From an uncultured Candidatus Saccharibacteria bacterium (GTDB lineage: Bacteria; Patescibacteriota; Minisyncoccia; UBA6257; 1-14-0-10-44-23): DNA of 64,000 bases. The translations under genes were made by a program, and so were the position numbers. The notes beneath the pieces were generated by a model. The model worked only from the letters and a program-made list of their open reading frames with translations. It had not been told where the DNA came from and did not search any database. Positions 9,442-19,704 of this stretch are shown in pieces. Location: the NCBI GenBank assembly GCA_964549935.1, contig CAZJVT010000001.1, forward strand, positions 155,922-219,921. The letters run 5' to 3'. Within the stretch, counting starts at the first letter, position 1. Every line of letters starts with the position of its first letter.

Positions 9442-9723
9442 TTACTTGGCTGGGATTACCGAGACGATCTTTGCGTAGCGGCGGGTGCCATCGAAGTTCG
9501 TCTTTTTCGTAGCCTTGAACTGGACGGTACCGGCGACTGCGGCGTAAAGAGTGTCATCTCCACCGCGAGTGATACCCTTACCGGTCAAAACATTGTTGCC
9601 GCGCTGGCGGACGACAATTTCACCCGGTTTAGCGAGCTGACCGTGGTTGATTTTAATACCAAGGCGCTTACTTTCGGAGTCGCGACCAAGCTTTGTAGAA
9701 CCTAGCGATTTTGTATGTGCCAT
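9442..9723 (-). CDS. rpmA: 50S ribosomal protein L27
   Basis: MAHTKSLGSTKLGRDSESKRLG and IVVRQRG. Confidence 0.96.
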   Translation of the reverse strand: MAHTKSLGSTKLGRDSESKRLGIKINHGQLAKPGEIVVRQRGNNVLTGKGITRGGDDTLYAAVAGTVQFKATKKTNFDGTRRYAKIVSVIPAK

Positions 9724-9816
9724 ATAAGTCTAAATATTATCAGCCTGATTCCCGCCCTCGGTGAGTATTCCGTAGGCGAATTTCAGATTTAGCGATTATA
9801 CTGTAGAATAGTCTAT

Positions 9817-10536
9817 ATGTCTAGCCCTCAAAAACTTGTTATTGACATCGAGACCATCGGCCACGATTTTGACTCATTTGATAAGGCGACACAAGAAAAC
9901 TTAACCCGTTGGATCAAGCAGGAGAGTGAGAGTGACGAGGAGTACGAAATTGCACTACAAAACTTGAAGGATGGGCTAGGGTTTTCGCCGCTGACGGGCG
10001 AGATTGTCGCTATCGGCGTCTTAGATCATCACAAGCAGCAGGGCGTGGTTTACTACCAGGCGCCGGACGCGAAGCTGGAGGAGGTGACGGAGGGCAACAT
10101 TACGTATAAGCCAATGACCGAGGGCGCGATGCTGGATGCCTTTTGGAAGGGTGCACTTAAGTATCAGCATTTTATTACCTTTAACGGGCGACAGTTTGAC
10201 GCGCCGTTTTTGGCCCTGCGCAGCGCGGTTAATGGTGTACGACCGACTAAGGATTTAACGCGCGCCCGTTATTTGTATCAGCAGTCGCCGGATGCGGTGC
10301 ATATTGATTTACTTGATCAGCTTTCATATTACGGCGCGGTGCGTAAAAAGGGTACGCTGCATTTGTACACCCGAGCGTTTGGGATTAAGAGCCCGAAGGC
10401 AAGCGGTATTGAGGGCGACGATGTCGGGCGATTATTTAAAGAAAAGAAGTATCTGGACATCGCGAGGTACAACGCCGGCGATTTGTTTGCGACCAGCGAG
10501 CTGTACAAAAAGTGGGAGGAGTATTTGAGTTTTTAA
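9817..10536 (+). CDS. RNase H-like / PolB-type 3'-5' exonuclease domain protein
   Basis: DIET, FNGRQFD and YNAGD (DEDDy) motifs. Confidence 0.8.
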   Translation: MSSPQKLVIDIETIGHDFDSFDKATQENLTRWIKQESESDEEYEIALQNLKDGLGFSPLTGEIVAIGVLDHHKQQGVVYYQAPDAKLEEVTEGNITYKPMTEGAMLDAFWKGALKYQHFITFNGRQFDAPFLALRSAVNGVRPTKDLTRARYLYQQSPDAVHIDLLDQLSYYGAVRKKGTLHLYTRAFGIKSPKASGIEGDDVGRLFKEKKYLDIARYNAGDLFATSELYKKWEEYLSF

Positions 10537-10539
10537 GAT

Positions 10540-10704
10540 ATGATCGCGCAGGCAAAATTATTTCTGAACGATCGGCGCAAGGAGGTGGTTATCTTTATTT
10601 TATTTTTCCTGGTCAGCACCATTAGTTTCGCGCTGGGCTACATCAGCGCAAATCAAAGCAACCGGTCGGCAATCGTGATTCAAAAAGTAGATACCGGTAA
10701 GTAA
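10540..10704 (+). CDS. Small single-TM protein (54 aa)
   Basis: Own translation: MIAQAKLFLNDRRKEVVIFILFFLVSTISFALGYI...; it fills the gap between the flanking genes. Confidence 0.65.
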   Translation: MIAQAKLFLNDRRKEVVIFILFFLVSTISFALGYISANQSNRSAIVIQKVDTGK

Positions 10705-10705
10705 T

Positions 10706-11152
10706 ATGCAAAACCTCTCTGCCGCAAAACTACTCGGGTTTGCTGCTGCAGGGGTGCTACTTGTCGGAGTGGGTGTTTTGCTCGGAAGAGTTGATTTTTC
10801 TACTTCAAAACTTGTTCAGCAGGCGAATGGTTTTCGTTTGCTCGCCGAAGTGCCGCGCCAGACAAGCAGTTCAATCGTGAGCACTGCAGACGCTGCCAAG
10901 CCTGCCACTAAAAAATCAGGATTTGTCGCCGCGGCACAGGCCGTTTTTTCTGCCCGTAGCGTCGTAGCCGCAACGACAACGCCGGCTACAACCACAACTT
11001 CGACGATAGTTTTCGCGGCCAGGACATCGGAAATTTCTTTGCCTGTTGCGGATGACTGTAAATTTCAGACGAATCAGTTCCCAAATTACGAAAATTTAGT
11101 TTTAAACGAAATCGCCTGGATGGGCACGCCGGAGGACAGCGGCAACGAATGG
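10706..11152 (+). pseudogene. 5' part of an interrupted lamin-tail-domain (LTD) surface protein gene
   Basis: Ends in the LTD start motif LVLNEIAWMGTPEDSGNEW, which continues in frame at 21381 (IELRN). Confidence 0.88.
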
Positions 11153-11256
11153 CCTGTCCCGCAAAAGGATTACCGATATATCTAAAGGTCGATCTTTGTA
11201 AGAAAGAGCATACTTCTGCCGTTGTCTGAATTATCTTTCTTTGACATACTGGAACA

Positions 11257-13254
11257 ATGGATAAAAAGCGCCAATCACGAATTTACGAACTATTGAAGAA
11301 AGGACTAGCTCTTATAGGGGCTGGAGAAGAATTGCCTGTTGATTGGGCTAAAGAATTTTTCCCACCTGAGAGGAGAGAGTATGAGCTTGTTTATCATGGC
11401 AAAGAGTCAGAAGAAAATATTCTTGCTGACACGATGTCGGTTCCATTGCAGCCAGTTAGCAACTTTGGGGAGGATAACGGAGAGTGGGATAACAAGTTGA
11501 TTTTTGGAGATAATCTTCAGGCTATGAAAAAGTTGGTGGAGATGAAAGAAAGAGGTGAGCTGGTTAATGCAGACGGAACTTCTGGGGTTCGTTTGATTTA
11601 TATCGATCCTCCTTTTGCGACTAAAAGAGATTTTCATGGCACTAGAGATCAAGAGGCGTATCAGGATAAGATTGTTGGTGCTGAATTTTTAGAATTTCTC
11701 AGAAAGAGATTAGTTTTTTTAAGGCAGCTCATTGCTGAAGGCGGCACAATTTATGTGCATCTCGATTCTAGAAAGGGTCATTATATCAAGACGATTATGG
11801 ATGAGATTTTTAGCGGTTTCGAGTTTGCTGAAATCGCATGGGTTTGCGGTTTAATGGGTTCAGGCAAATACTATCCGAAAGCTCATGAAAATATTTATTG
11901 CTACAAGTCACCAAGGGCACCATTTAACCCTCCTCCGAGAATCGGTCTTTCTCAAAGGATCACCAAGGCTTTGCAAAAAGACAAAAATGGATGGTTCTAT
12001 ACACGAGGCAAAGAGAGCAGCGGAGGATCAAGTTATCTTAAATCTTACATTTGCTTAGATTCGAAATTGAGCAAAGAACAAGCAATCGAATTTGCCAATG
12101 AATATAGGCCTCAACAAGCATGGAGTGTTTGGATGGGCAAAAGAGAACTCGCTTATGAATTCAATGATTATCCAGTTGGAACCTATGCATATACAGGGAC
12201 CGAGAGCGTAGGATATCCAACTCAAAAGCCAGAAGCTTTGTTGGCGAGGATTATAAATGCTTCTTCTAACAAAGGAGATATCGTGCTTGATGCCTTCGCT
12301 GGTTCGGGAACGACATGCGCCGTAGCGGAAAAGCTAGGACGGCGTTGGATTGGAATTGATTGCGGTAAGTTATCTATCTATACAATCCAAAAGCGCTTGC
12401 TGAACCTTCGTTCAGAAATTGGTAATACGGGCGATCTAATAAAACCAAAACATTTTACGCTCTATAATGCAGGATTATATGATTTTGATTCTTTACGGAA
12501 ACTGCCGTGGGAAAGTTGGAGATTTTTTGCTTTACAGCTTTTCGGCTGCAAAGACGAAACGCACAAGATTAAGGGGTTTCATCTAGATGGCAAGAAGCAA
12601 GGTTACAGCGTCTTAGTTTTCAATCATTTTCAGAATGGGGTTATTAGTAGGGAGACGATTGAAGAGCTGCATGCACACATCGGGAAACAAATCGGCAATA
12701 AATGCTTCATCATAGCTCCTCGAGGTGCCTTTTTGTTTCAAGAAGATTATTTAGAGCTAGACAGCGTGAGATATTATGCGCTTCGTATTCCTTACTCATT
12801 TATCAACGATCTTCATGCGCGACAATTCTCTGCCCTTACTCAGCCAAATGATGAGACTGCTGTTAATGAAACTGTTGAGGCAGTAGGGTTTGATTTTATC
12901 CAAGCGCCCGCCGTGGATTACCAGCTCCAGCAAGTGGGAGAATTTACTTATTTGAAAATTAAAAAATTTGAAAGTCGGGCAAGAGTCCGCGGGAGCGATC
13001 AGAGGGGTGGGCTTGAAACATTTTCGATGCTTATGATTGATTCAAATTATGATGGCAAGGTTTTTGATCTGGATCAGGTATATTTTGCCCATGACATTGA
13101 AGTTGCGAAATGGCGGATGAAGTTGCCAACTGGTCGGGGAGACATTATGGCGGTATTTCTGGACATTTATGGTAATGAAGCTAGAATTCTTTTGCGAAAG
13201 GGAATACCCTTGAGAGCGCCTCGGAAAGTAGCTGTTAGGAAAAAACATGCCTAG
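11257..13254 (+). CDS. mod: Type III restriction-modification methyltransferase (Mod)
   Basis: LIFGDNL, YIDPPF (motif IV), [10 protein letters not shown] and DAFAGSGTT (motif I) in beta-class order. Confidence 0.9.
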   Translation: MDKKRQSRIYELLKKGLALIGAGEELPVDWAKEFFPPERREYELVYHGKESEENILADTMSVPLQPVSNFGEDNGEWDNKLIFGDNLQAMKKLVEMKERGELVNADGTSGVRLIYIDPPFATKRDFHGTRDQEAYQDKIVGAEFLEFLRKRLVFLRQLIAEGGTIYVHLDSRKGHYIKTIMDEIFSGFEFAEIAWVCGLMGSGKYYPKAHENIYCYKSPRAPFNPPPRIGLSQRITKALQKDKNGWFYTRGKESSGGSSYLKSYICLDSKLSKEQAIEFANEYRPQQAWSVWMGKRELAYEFNDYPVGTYAYTGTESVGYPTQKPEALLARIINASSNKGDIVLDAFAGSGTTCAVAEKLGRRWIGIDCGKLSIYTIQKRLLNLRSEIGNTGDLIKPKHFTLYNAGLYDFDSLRKLPWESWRFFALQLFGCKDETHKIKGFHLDGKKQGYSVLVFNHFQNGVISRETIEELHAHIGKQIGNKCFIIAPRGAFLFQEDYLELDSVRYYALRIPYSFINDLHARQFSALTQPNDETAVNETVEAVGFDFIQAPAVDYQLQQVGEFTYLKIKKFESRARVRGSDQRGGLETFSMLMIDSNYDGKVFDLDQVYFAHDIEVAKWRMKLPTGRGDIMAVFLDIYGNEARILLRKGIPLRAPRKVAVRKKHA

Positions 13255-15775
13255 AACAAATTCAAATCAGGAGAGTTTCCAAAATGAAGACCTCGTACTC
13301 AAGGTCAGTCCTGCTGTTGATCGGAGACGATGGGATGAGGATCGGTATGAGGCTTTTTTGGATGAACTTTGTGGTTCTCGTGAATTTCAGAAAAAAGCGA
13401 TCCAGACTGCATTGAGATATTTGCTTGGACAAGAATATTCTGATCTTAAAGAATTGGCTCATTCTAATTTTGAGCAGAACGAAATGCTCCCTAAAAGATA
13501 TGGGTCATGGGCTAATATGGAGAGGAATTTGCAATTACCCAAACAGCTTTCTGCCTCGCTTGATTTAGCAACGGGCACAGGGAAAAGTTATGTGATGTAT
13601 GGAATTGCTGCGATCATGCTTGCTGAAGGTGCAGTAGATCGAGTCTTGATACTTTGTCCTTCTACTACAATCGAAACGGGGCTCGTGGAAAAATTTAAGA
13701 ATTTAGCAGCTCAGGCCGATCTAAGAAATCTTTTACCTGCCGATGTTAAATTGAAATCTCCAAAGATTATAGATGCCCGTGAAAGCATAACCAGTGGCAG
13801 TATTTGTATTGAGAATTATCATGCAATTTTAGAGCATGTGCGTTCTTCAATCAGAGAAAGCTTGGAGGGTAAAGGCGAAAGAACATTAATTCTAAATGAT
13901 GAAGCTCATCATGTAGCTAATGAGAGTACTGCTAAGGTTGGAAAGTGGAAAGAATTTTTAACTGATAAGAAATTTAATTTTAAGTATATTATCGGCGTAT
14001 CGGGCACATGCTATATCAGCAATGAATATTTTACGGATGTCATTTTCCGTTACTCATTGCGGCAAGCGATGGACGAAGGTTTTGTGAAAAAAGTGCATTA
14101 TGTGGCAGAGATGCCGACGACATCAAGTCCTGATGTTAAGTGGCAGTTGGTTTTGAACCGACATAATGAGATCGGTAAGAAATTAAAGGTACGCAAAATT
14201 CGTCCTTTGACGATTGTCGTTACTCAGACTATCGAGAGGTGCAAAGATGTTGCCGAGGAGCTAAAGGCATTTCTCATGGATCAGTCTGGGAAAACTCGTG
14301 AGCAGATTGATGAACAGGTATTGGTTGTATACAATAATGCGCCTGATGTTTTAAGGCTTTCTTCTGTAGACTCAAATAAAAGTAAAGTAGAGTGGATTCT
14401 GTCTGTCTCAATGTTGAATGAGGGGTGGGATGTAAAAAGAGTTTTCCAAATTGTTCCTCATGAGGAGAGAGCATTTAATAGTAAATTGCTTATAGCACAA
14501 GTGTTAGGTCGAGGTTTGCGCAAGCCAGAGGGCTGGCAGGGCGAGCAGCCGCAAATTACAGTTTTCAACCATGATGCATGGGCTTCGAGAATTAAGAAGT
14601 TGGTTGACGAGATAACAGAGTCAGAGAAAAGAATACCGACTTTCCCTATCAAGAATTCTTCTCTAAATTTTGAATTACTTAATATTGAGTACGATCCTAA
14701 GCCATATACTACAACTTATCCGATGGAGCGTCCTTATCGTATCTTTACCAAAGGATATATCGATTTAGCAACAGAAAAACCTGTCGAAGATGTCAGTATT
14801 GAATTTGTAGATGCTGGCTCAGGGCTAAGAACAAATTGGAAAACGAAGATTAAGCACAAGACTCATTCAGTCAAGGAGGTTGTAGAAGTGATGCATCAGC
14901 GCTTAGAGGATGCTGATCATTTGATAAATCCTAATTCCAAAGACAGTGAGCATTATACAAGTCAGTTTCCTAGATCTAAACTCGAAGAAATCATTAAGGA
15001 GTCTCTTAAGATGGCTGGCGTTAAAGATATCACAGACGGAATCAGGCAAAAGTTTCTTCAATCTTTAGGAACTTTACAGCGTAAGGAGGCTCAGGTTGTT
15101 CGTTATAAGTTCGAAGTGCAGAAGTACTTTCCTGTTGCTACTCAAGATCGATCTGACGAGAGCGTGAGTGCTGCTGATTTAAGAAGTTCGAATAAGACTT
15201 TATTCTTTACTGCCAAGACAGTCGAGACGCTTCCTGATGAGTCTAAGGAGTTCTATGGAGAAGCTACTGAGCCGGGCAGCGGATTTAAGTGTTACCCTAT
15301 TTCGAATTATCATGATTTTAGAAGTCCGTTAAATGCAGTAATCGCCGATCATGAGAATGAACGTCGTTTTATCAAGGAGTTGATTAATACCGAGAATACT
15401 CCGCATATAGTAAGCTGGATTAAGTCTACATCAATGGGGTTTTATGAAATTGATTATGCATGGAAAAAAGGCGAGCATCCGAAGAGAGGGAAGTTCAACC
15501 CAGACTTTTTTGTGTTGACTAAAAAGTTAGTCTTGGTAGCTGAAATCAAAGATGATTTAGAATTGAATGATCCGTCTGAAGAGAATCGCAAAAAAAGTGA
15601 ATATGCTCAACAGCATTTCGAGAGGATCAATGCCTTTCTTGCTAAGAAGAAAGCTTCTGTTAGGTACAAGTTTAATTTTCTGACCCCTTCTGATTTCGGC
15701 GGTTACTTTCAAAGTATCCGTGATGATAGTGTTCAGAACTTTCGTTCTAAACTAGATGTGAAATTAGCTGAATAG
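13247..15775 (+). CDS. res: Type III restriction endonuclease (Res) helicase-nuclease
   Basis: [27 protein letters not shown] and C-terminal FNPDF...AEIK. Overlaps mod. Confidence 0.9.
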   Translation: MPRTNSNQESFQNEDLVLKVSPAVDRRRWDEDRYEAFLDELCGSREFQKKAIQTALRYLLGQEYSDLKELAHSNFEQNEMLPKRYGSWANMERNLQLPKQLSASLDLATGTGKSYVMYGIAAIMLAEGAVDRVLILCPSTTIETGLVEKFKNLAAQADLRNLLPADVKLKSPKIIDARESITSGSICIENYHAILEHVRSSIRESLEGKGERTLILNDEAHHVANESTAKVGKWKEFLTDKKFNFKYIIGVSGTCYISNEYFTDVIFRYSLRQAMDEGFVKKVHYVAEMPTTSSPDVKWQLVLNRHNEIGKKLKVRKIRPLTIVVTQTIERCKDVAEELKAFLMDQSGKTREQIDEQVLVVYNNAPDVLRLSSVDSNKSKVEWILSVSMLNEGWDVKRVFQIVPHEERAFNSKLLIAQVLGRGLRKPEGWQGEQPQITVFNHDAWASRIKKLVDEITESEKRIPTFPIKNSSLNFELLNIEYDPKPYTTTYPMERPYRIFTKGYIDLATEKPVEDVSIEFVDAGSGLRTNWKTKIKHKTHSVKEVVEVMHQRLEDADHLINPNSKDSEHYTSQFPRSKLEEIIKESLKMAGVKDITDGIRQKFLQSLGTLQRKEAQVVRYKFEVQKYFPVATQDRSDESVSAADLRSSNKTLFFTAKTVETLPDESKEFYGEATEPGSGFKCYPISNYHDFRSPLNAVIADHENERRFIKELINTENTPHIVSWIKSTSMGFYEIDYAWKKGEHPKRGKFNPDFFVLTKKLVLVAEIKDDLELNDPSEENRKKSEYAQQHFERINAFLAKKKASVRYKFNFLTPSDFGGYFQSIRDDSVQNFRSKLDVKLAE

Positions 15776-15837
15776 TTTTTGTCCCTGAATCAAGTCCTTA
15801 AATTTACAAAGGAGCATCTCTATCCTATAGTTAAGGT

Positions 15838-15992
15838 ACAATTTAATTGACCTAACCCATTCGAGCAATCGAATGGCACGGTCTTAAAACCAATCACGGC
15901 AGAAAGCTCCTAGTCAGAGCAACCGTGATTGGTCATATCTGGAAACGGATATGGGTGGCCCGAAAGGGTTTCATCGCTGGCTGGGAGCTTTG
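15838..15992 (+). ncRNA. Candidate pseudoknotted structured RNA
   Basis: Three GNRA-capped hairpins, an 11-bp perfect stem and a crossing 15-bp helix with two G-U pairs, downstream of a TATAGT -10-like box. Confidence 0.7.
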
Positions 15993-16020
15993 TGATTTCT
16001 GGCTGGCTCATTAACAATTT

Positions 16021-16194
16021 ATGAAAATAAAAACTTCGTGGGGGGATAACAAGAGATCATTAATTGCTCTTGCGATCTGGATTGGCTTTCTGTTCATCAT
16101 GAACAGCATGGGCATTCAGCTCGGTTTAGTCGTTAACCTACTTATTGCCGTAGTACTCTTTTACTTAGCGCATAAAACTAAGAAACATGAATAA
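16021..16194 (+). CDS. Small two-TM membrane protein (57 aa)
   Basis: Own translation: MKIKTSWGDNKRSLIALAIWIGFLFIM...; overlaps the next start codon. Confidence 0.6.
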   Translation: MKIKTSWGDNKRSLIALAIWIGFLFIMNSMGIQLGLVVNLLIAVVLFYLAHKTKKHE

Positions 16195-16540
16195 TCAGTA
16201 TGCTCGTAAGATAGCTTGGTTACTTCTTGTCGTAGTGGTAGTGCTGCTATACATGGCGGGCTTCTGGTCAGCAGTATGGTCGTTGTTTAAGTCATTGCTG
16301 CTGCTAATTATTGCACCGTTCTTTCTCTTCGGAGATTTGATTGAGAAGAATTCGGCTGTATTGAATTGGGTTGTAGGTCTCGGATTTGGCTTGATGGCGA
16401 TAGGACTTGTTCTACAAAATCAGCACTTCAAGAAAATCACAGGTAAGGAGTATCCGAAGCTTGTGAAATGGATTACGAGAATTGCAACTGTGGTAGTTGC
16501 TTTCAGCGGCATATCTCTTTTGCTTTCAAAATTGTTCTAG
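16187..16540 (+). CDS. Hypothetical membrane protein
   Basis: Three to four hydrophobic segments. Confidence 0.7.
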   Translation: MNNQYARKIAWLLLVVVVVLLYMAGFWSAVWSLFKSLLLLIIAPFFLFGDLIEKNSAVLNWVVGLGFGLMAIGLVLQNQHFKKITGKEYPKLVKWITRIATVVVAFSGISLLLSKLF

Positions 16541-16619
16541 CGCTTGGCTAACCTTTTCAACCAGCATGCTTATCTCTTAAAATTAAGAGGTAGCATTCAT
16601 GTCATCGTGTTAATCGAAC

Positions 16620-17045
16620 ATGGCATTTCAAAAAGGAAACAAGTACGGTAAAGGAGCAAAGCCATCAAATGCAACATTGGCTCAGCGGAAGATGCGCGAG
16701 TGGCTGATGAAGCACCTAGAGAAAGACATGCCAGAGTTGTATCAAGCGCAGCTGTCTCTTGCAAAGGGATATCAGATACTGCTTGCTCGTCAATTTGAAA
16801 CAGATACGAAAACAGGCAGAAAGAGCAGAACTGGCAAATGGGTCATGATTACTGATCCGGAGGAAGCACTGCAACTTTTGAATGGTAACCAGAAAGATAT
16901 TTTCAAGATGGTTACGACAGAGCCAGATCCCAAGGCATCTTCGTACTTAATGAGCCAAGCAGTTGGAGCACCAACTCAAACTGTTGAGATGCCTGCATTG
17001 GCGGATTCATTAGTTGAGATTATCAGCCGAATGGATGCGGAATAG
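16620..17045 (+). CDS. Terminase-small-subunit-like protein
   Basis: N-terminal MAFQKGNKYGKG and C-terminal YLMSQAVGAPTQTVE resemble phage TerS-like proteins. Pattern recognition only. Confidence 0.5.
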   Translation: MAFQKGNKYGKGAKPSNATLAQRKMREWLMKHLEKDMPELYQAQLSLAKGYQILLARQFETDTKTGRKSRTGKWVMITDPEEALQLLNGNQKDIFKMVTTEPDPKASSYLMSQAVGAPTQTVEMPALADSLVEIISRMDAE

Positions 17046-17262
17046 CCGTATTACGAGAGAGGATAAACAGCTCCGTAGCAGAGCGTAATCAGCTCAAATT
17101 GGTATCTTTGCCTGCTTGATAGCAGGTTATCATTGGTTTCAGGGTAGAGAGCGTTATGCGTCATTTTAAGCTCGTTTTTGATCAAAACAGGTATTAAGGC
17201 AGGTAATACCTGCTGTTTTTGACAGTTTCGTATTAGAGGTCTAAACTCGGTTAAAACGAAGT

Positions 17263-17661
17263 ATGAAAGTACCCTTCGATATTTGCTGTCCAAACTGTCA
17301 CTTGCTTCTTCTCGAAGACGGTGTCCTTAGTGATCATGGAGAACCTCGTTACTTTGATTGTCAAAGGTGTTCTGTGACTTTCTCTCTTAACATGAGCAGT
17401 GTCGGAAGGCCCGATGAAGGTCAGAAAGGAATCAACGGCCAATTTGAATTCGAGCTTGTAATCGGTCCAGAGAAAGAGGGTCGGCGTTGGACGCAGCTGA
17501 ATCAGAATTTGCTTCCTGTCTTGAGCTGTCCGCTGATGGGTCGTATTGAAGTCGGTCAATCCATCGGAGGGCTATCTTATCTAGGAGACGACACCCCGTT
17601 GAACTGTAATTTCTGTGGTGCGAAATTCCTGACAAGGATTTTATATCAAGAGAGCGATTGA
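17263..17661 (+). CDS. Cys-rich (zinc-ribbon-like) hypothetical protein
   Basis: CPNC, CQRC, SCP and CNFC motifs. Confidence 0.55.
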   Translation: MKVPFDICCPNCHLLLLEDGVLSDHGEPRYFDCQRCSVTFSLNMSSVGRPDEGQKGINGQFEFELVIGPEKEGRRWTQLNQNLLPVLSCPLMGRIEVGQSIGGLSYLGDDTPLNCNFCGAKFLTRILYQESD

Positions 17662-18024
17662 CTTTTTAATAAATTGCGCTATCATGACACTGTCGGTAAT
17701 TAAATAAGTGCTTGAGGAGCTGTCGGGAGGTGCTAGTGATTCCACGGAGTGGAAGTACCTAGCTTGTGAACAACAAGAAGGCCTTCGGTAGATCCAAACT
17801 AACTCTTTTTGAGTTAAGGTTTGGGTTTTCCGAGGGCTATTTTGTTTCTTGAACAAGAAGCGGATAGGCAAAATTGCGGTACGCGGACTGAAGTTCAATC
17901 CTGATATCAGCCCCAGCGTTCAGTCTGAAATCATCGACCAGCTGTTGGGCGTTTTAGGCATTGCCGGATTTGGTATGGGGCGGAGGGAGACAAGTAAAGG
18001 TCGAGCACCTCCGAACAGAAAAAT

Positions 18025-18414
18025 ATGAAACTCATACCCACAGGTAATTTTCTTATGGTTCCCAGTGAGCTGATTGAGGGCTATATGAAGAAAATGGAGT
18101 ATCCAGAGTTTTGCTTTTTTATGGCGCTGTTGATGTTGGCGCATAGGTATTCTGATGAATTCTATTGCTCAGACGAAAGAATCTCAAAAAAGTTCGGAAT
18201 CAGTAAGCGAACTATCAGCAGATGCCGTAAACAATTGGAATTGAAAAAGTTGATTGAATTCAATCCGGGATATCGTAATGGTAAGGCGGCACGAGCAACA
18301 ACTTATAAGATTTTCCCAAGTAAGGCCCTGCGGATCAAGTTGCGCATCAAGCAGCATGCCAAGTCGGCTCCTACCCAGCAAGCCAAGCGGGCAAGCCAAT
18401 TAAGAAACAAGTAG
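18025..18414 (+). CDS. Winged-HTH protein, phage replication-initiator-like N-terminus
   Basis: FYCSDERISKKFGISKRTISRCRKQLELKKLI...TTY pattern. Confidence 0.65.
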   Translation: MKLIPTGNFLMVPSELIEGYMKKMEYPEFCFFMALLMLAHRYSDEFYCSDERISKKFGISKRTISRCRKQLELKKLIEFNPGYRNGKAARATTYKIFPSKALRIKLRIKQHAKSAPTQQAKRASQLRNK

Positions 18415-18453
18415 TTAATTAATAAAAGTAAATAACTTATTAACTTCGTTAAT

Positions 18454-18861
18454 ATGCAAAATCGAGATTTTAAGGAGAAGCTGGATCAATTCAGGAAAGA
18501 ACATCTAAAGAAATACAAAGCTCAGTCAGATGTGCAAAAAGTCGTAGAGTTCTTTTTCCTCGTTAAGGATTTTCGAAAGACCCTTAATTGGAAGCCGCCG
18601 TTTGCCCAGAATGTCAGGGTTGCTAAACAGATCATCGAGTGGGCAAGAGGCGATTTAATAAGGGCATATGGACTCATTTATGACTGCTCACTGTATTTTG
18701 AAGAGAAGAAGTTGCACGACTGGGGCTTGAACGGTGTTTATAGGTCCATACCTGCGTATAAGGAGAATAGGATTTATCATCAGCACGAGAATCTATCTGA
18801 AGAGCAGCAGTCCGAAATTGAAGAGGCAAGAACACGAAAGCGTATTGCAGAGATGAGCTAA
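18454..18861 (+). CDS. Hypothetical protein
   Basis: ORF co-oriented within the element. Confidence 0.6.
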   Translation: MQNRDFKEKLDQFRKEHLKKYKAQSDVQKVVEFFFLVKDFRKTLNWKPPFAQNVRVAKQIIEWARGDLIRAYGLIYDCSLYFEEKKLHDWGLNGVYRSIPAYKENRIYHQHENLSEEQQSEIEEARTRKRIAEMS

Positions 18862-18921
18862 CACCGTTGTTAACAGTCGTCCTTTAGAGGTTCTTTCGTA
18901 TCTCTTATTATTAAACGAAAT

Positions 18922-19704
18922 ATGAAAAATCTCTCTCAGGAGATACAAAGGCAGGCCTACGGCTATATTCGTGTCAGCACATCAGAGCAAAGCGAGAGTG
19001 GTTTGGGCTTAGATGTTCAGCAAAGTCAGATTGAGAAATACTGCAAAGACAAAGGCATTGAGTTAATAAAGATTTTTGAAGATCCGGGCTTTTCAGGTGC
19101 CGATGCTGATCGTCCGGGTCTTCAGAGTCTGATTATTCAGGCAAAGAGCAACGGTGTAAACCTGATACTGCTGGCTCACTCAAGCCGTCTTGCAAGAGAT
19201 TCAATGCTTGCAGAAATTATCTATCGTGATTTGAGAAAAAACGGCATTACCCTTGTCTCGGTTGCACAGCCAAGCTATTACGAAGAAGACGGAGACTTTC
19301 AGAGAAAGCTCGTCAGGACGATTCTAAGTGCTTTTGACGAATACGAGAAATCACTGATTAGTTGGAGACTTAAAAACGGTAGAGCAAAAAGAGTTGAGCT
19401 AGGAGGTTGGCATGGAGGCTGGGTTTACGGTTATCGGCACGGCAAAAAAGGCAAGCTCATAATCAACCAGAAAGAGGCCGACACAGTGAAAAAAATGTTC
19501 TATCTCCGTAAAAGCAAACGAATGAGTCATACGGGGATTGCTAGGGTGCTAAACAGTGAGGGCATTCCAACTAAAAAGAAAGATGCAAAGTGGCACAGTG
19601 CCACGGTTAAGAAGATGTTGAATAATCCGATTTACAAAGGGCTGCTTAATTATCGAGGTAAGACATATCAAGGTCATCATGAAAAAATCATTAAAGACGA
19701 ATGA
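18922..19704 (+). CDS. Serine recombinase (catalytic plus recombinase domain, short)
   Basis: YGYIRVSTSEQ, DRPGL, SRLAR, YGY and WHSATVKKMLNNPIYKG. Confidence 0.92.
   Translation: MKNLSQEIQRQAYGYIRVSTSEQSESGLGLDVQQSQIEKYCKDKGIELIKIFEDPGFSGADADRPGLQSLIIQAKSNGVNLILLAHSSRLARDSMLAEIIYRDLRKNGITLVSVAQPSYYEEDGDFQRKLVRTILSAFDEYEKSLISWRLKNGRAKRVELGGWHGGWVYGYRHGKKGKLIINQKEADTVKKMFYLRKSKRMSHTGIARVLNSEGIPTKKKDAKWHSATVKKMLNNPIYKGLLNYRGKTYQGHHEKIIKDE

Noticed and set aside
18025-18861. Stop-codon readthrough or recoding fusing the two in-frame element ORFs
   Set aside because: Two different stops (TAG and TAA) intervene, and other genes show standard code 11 usage.
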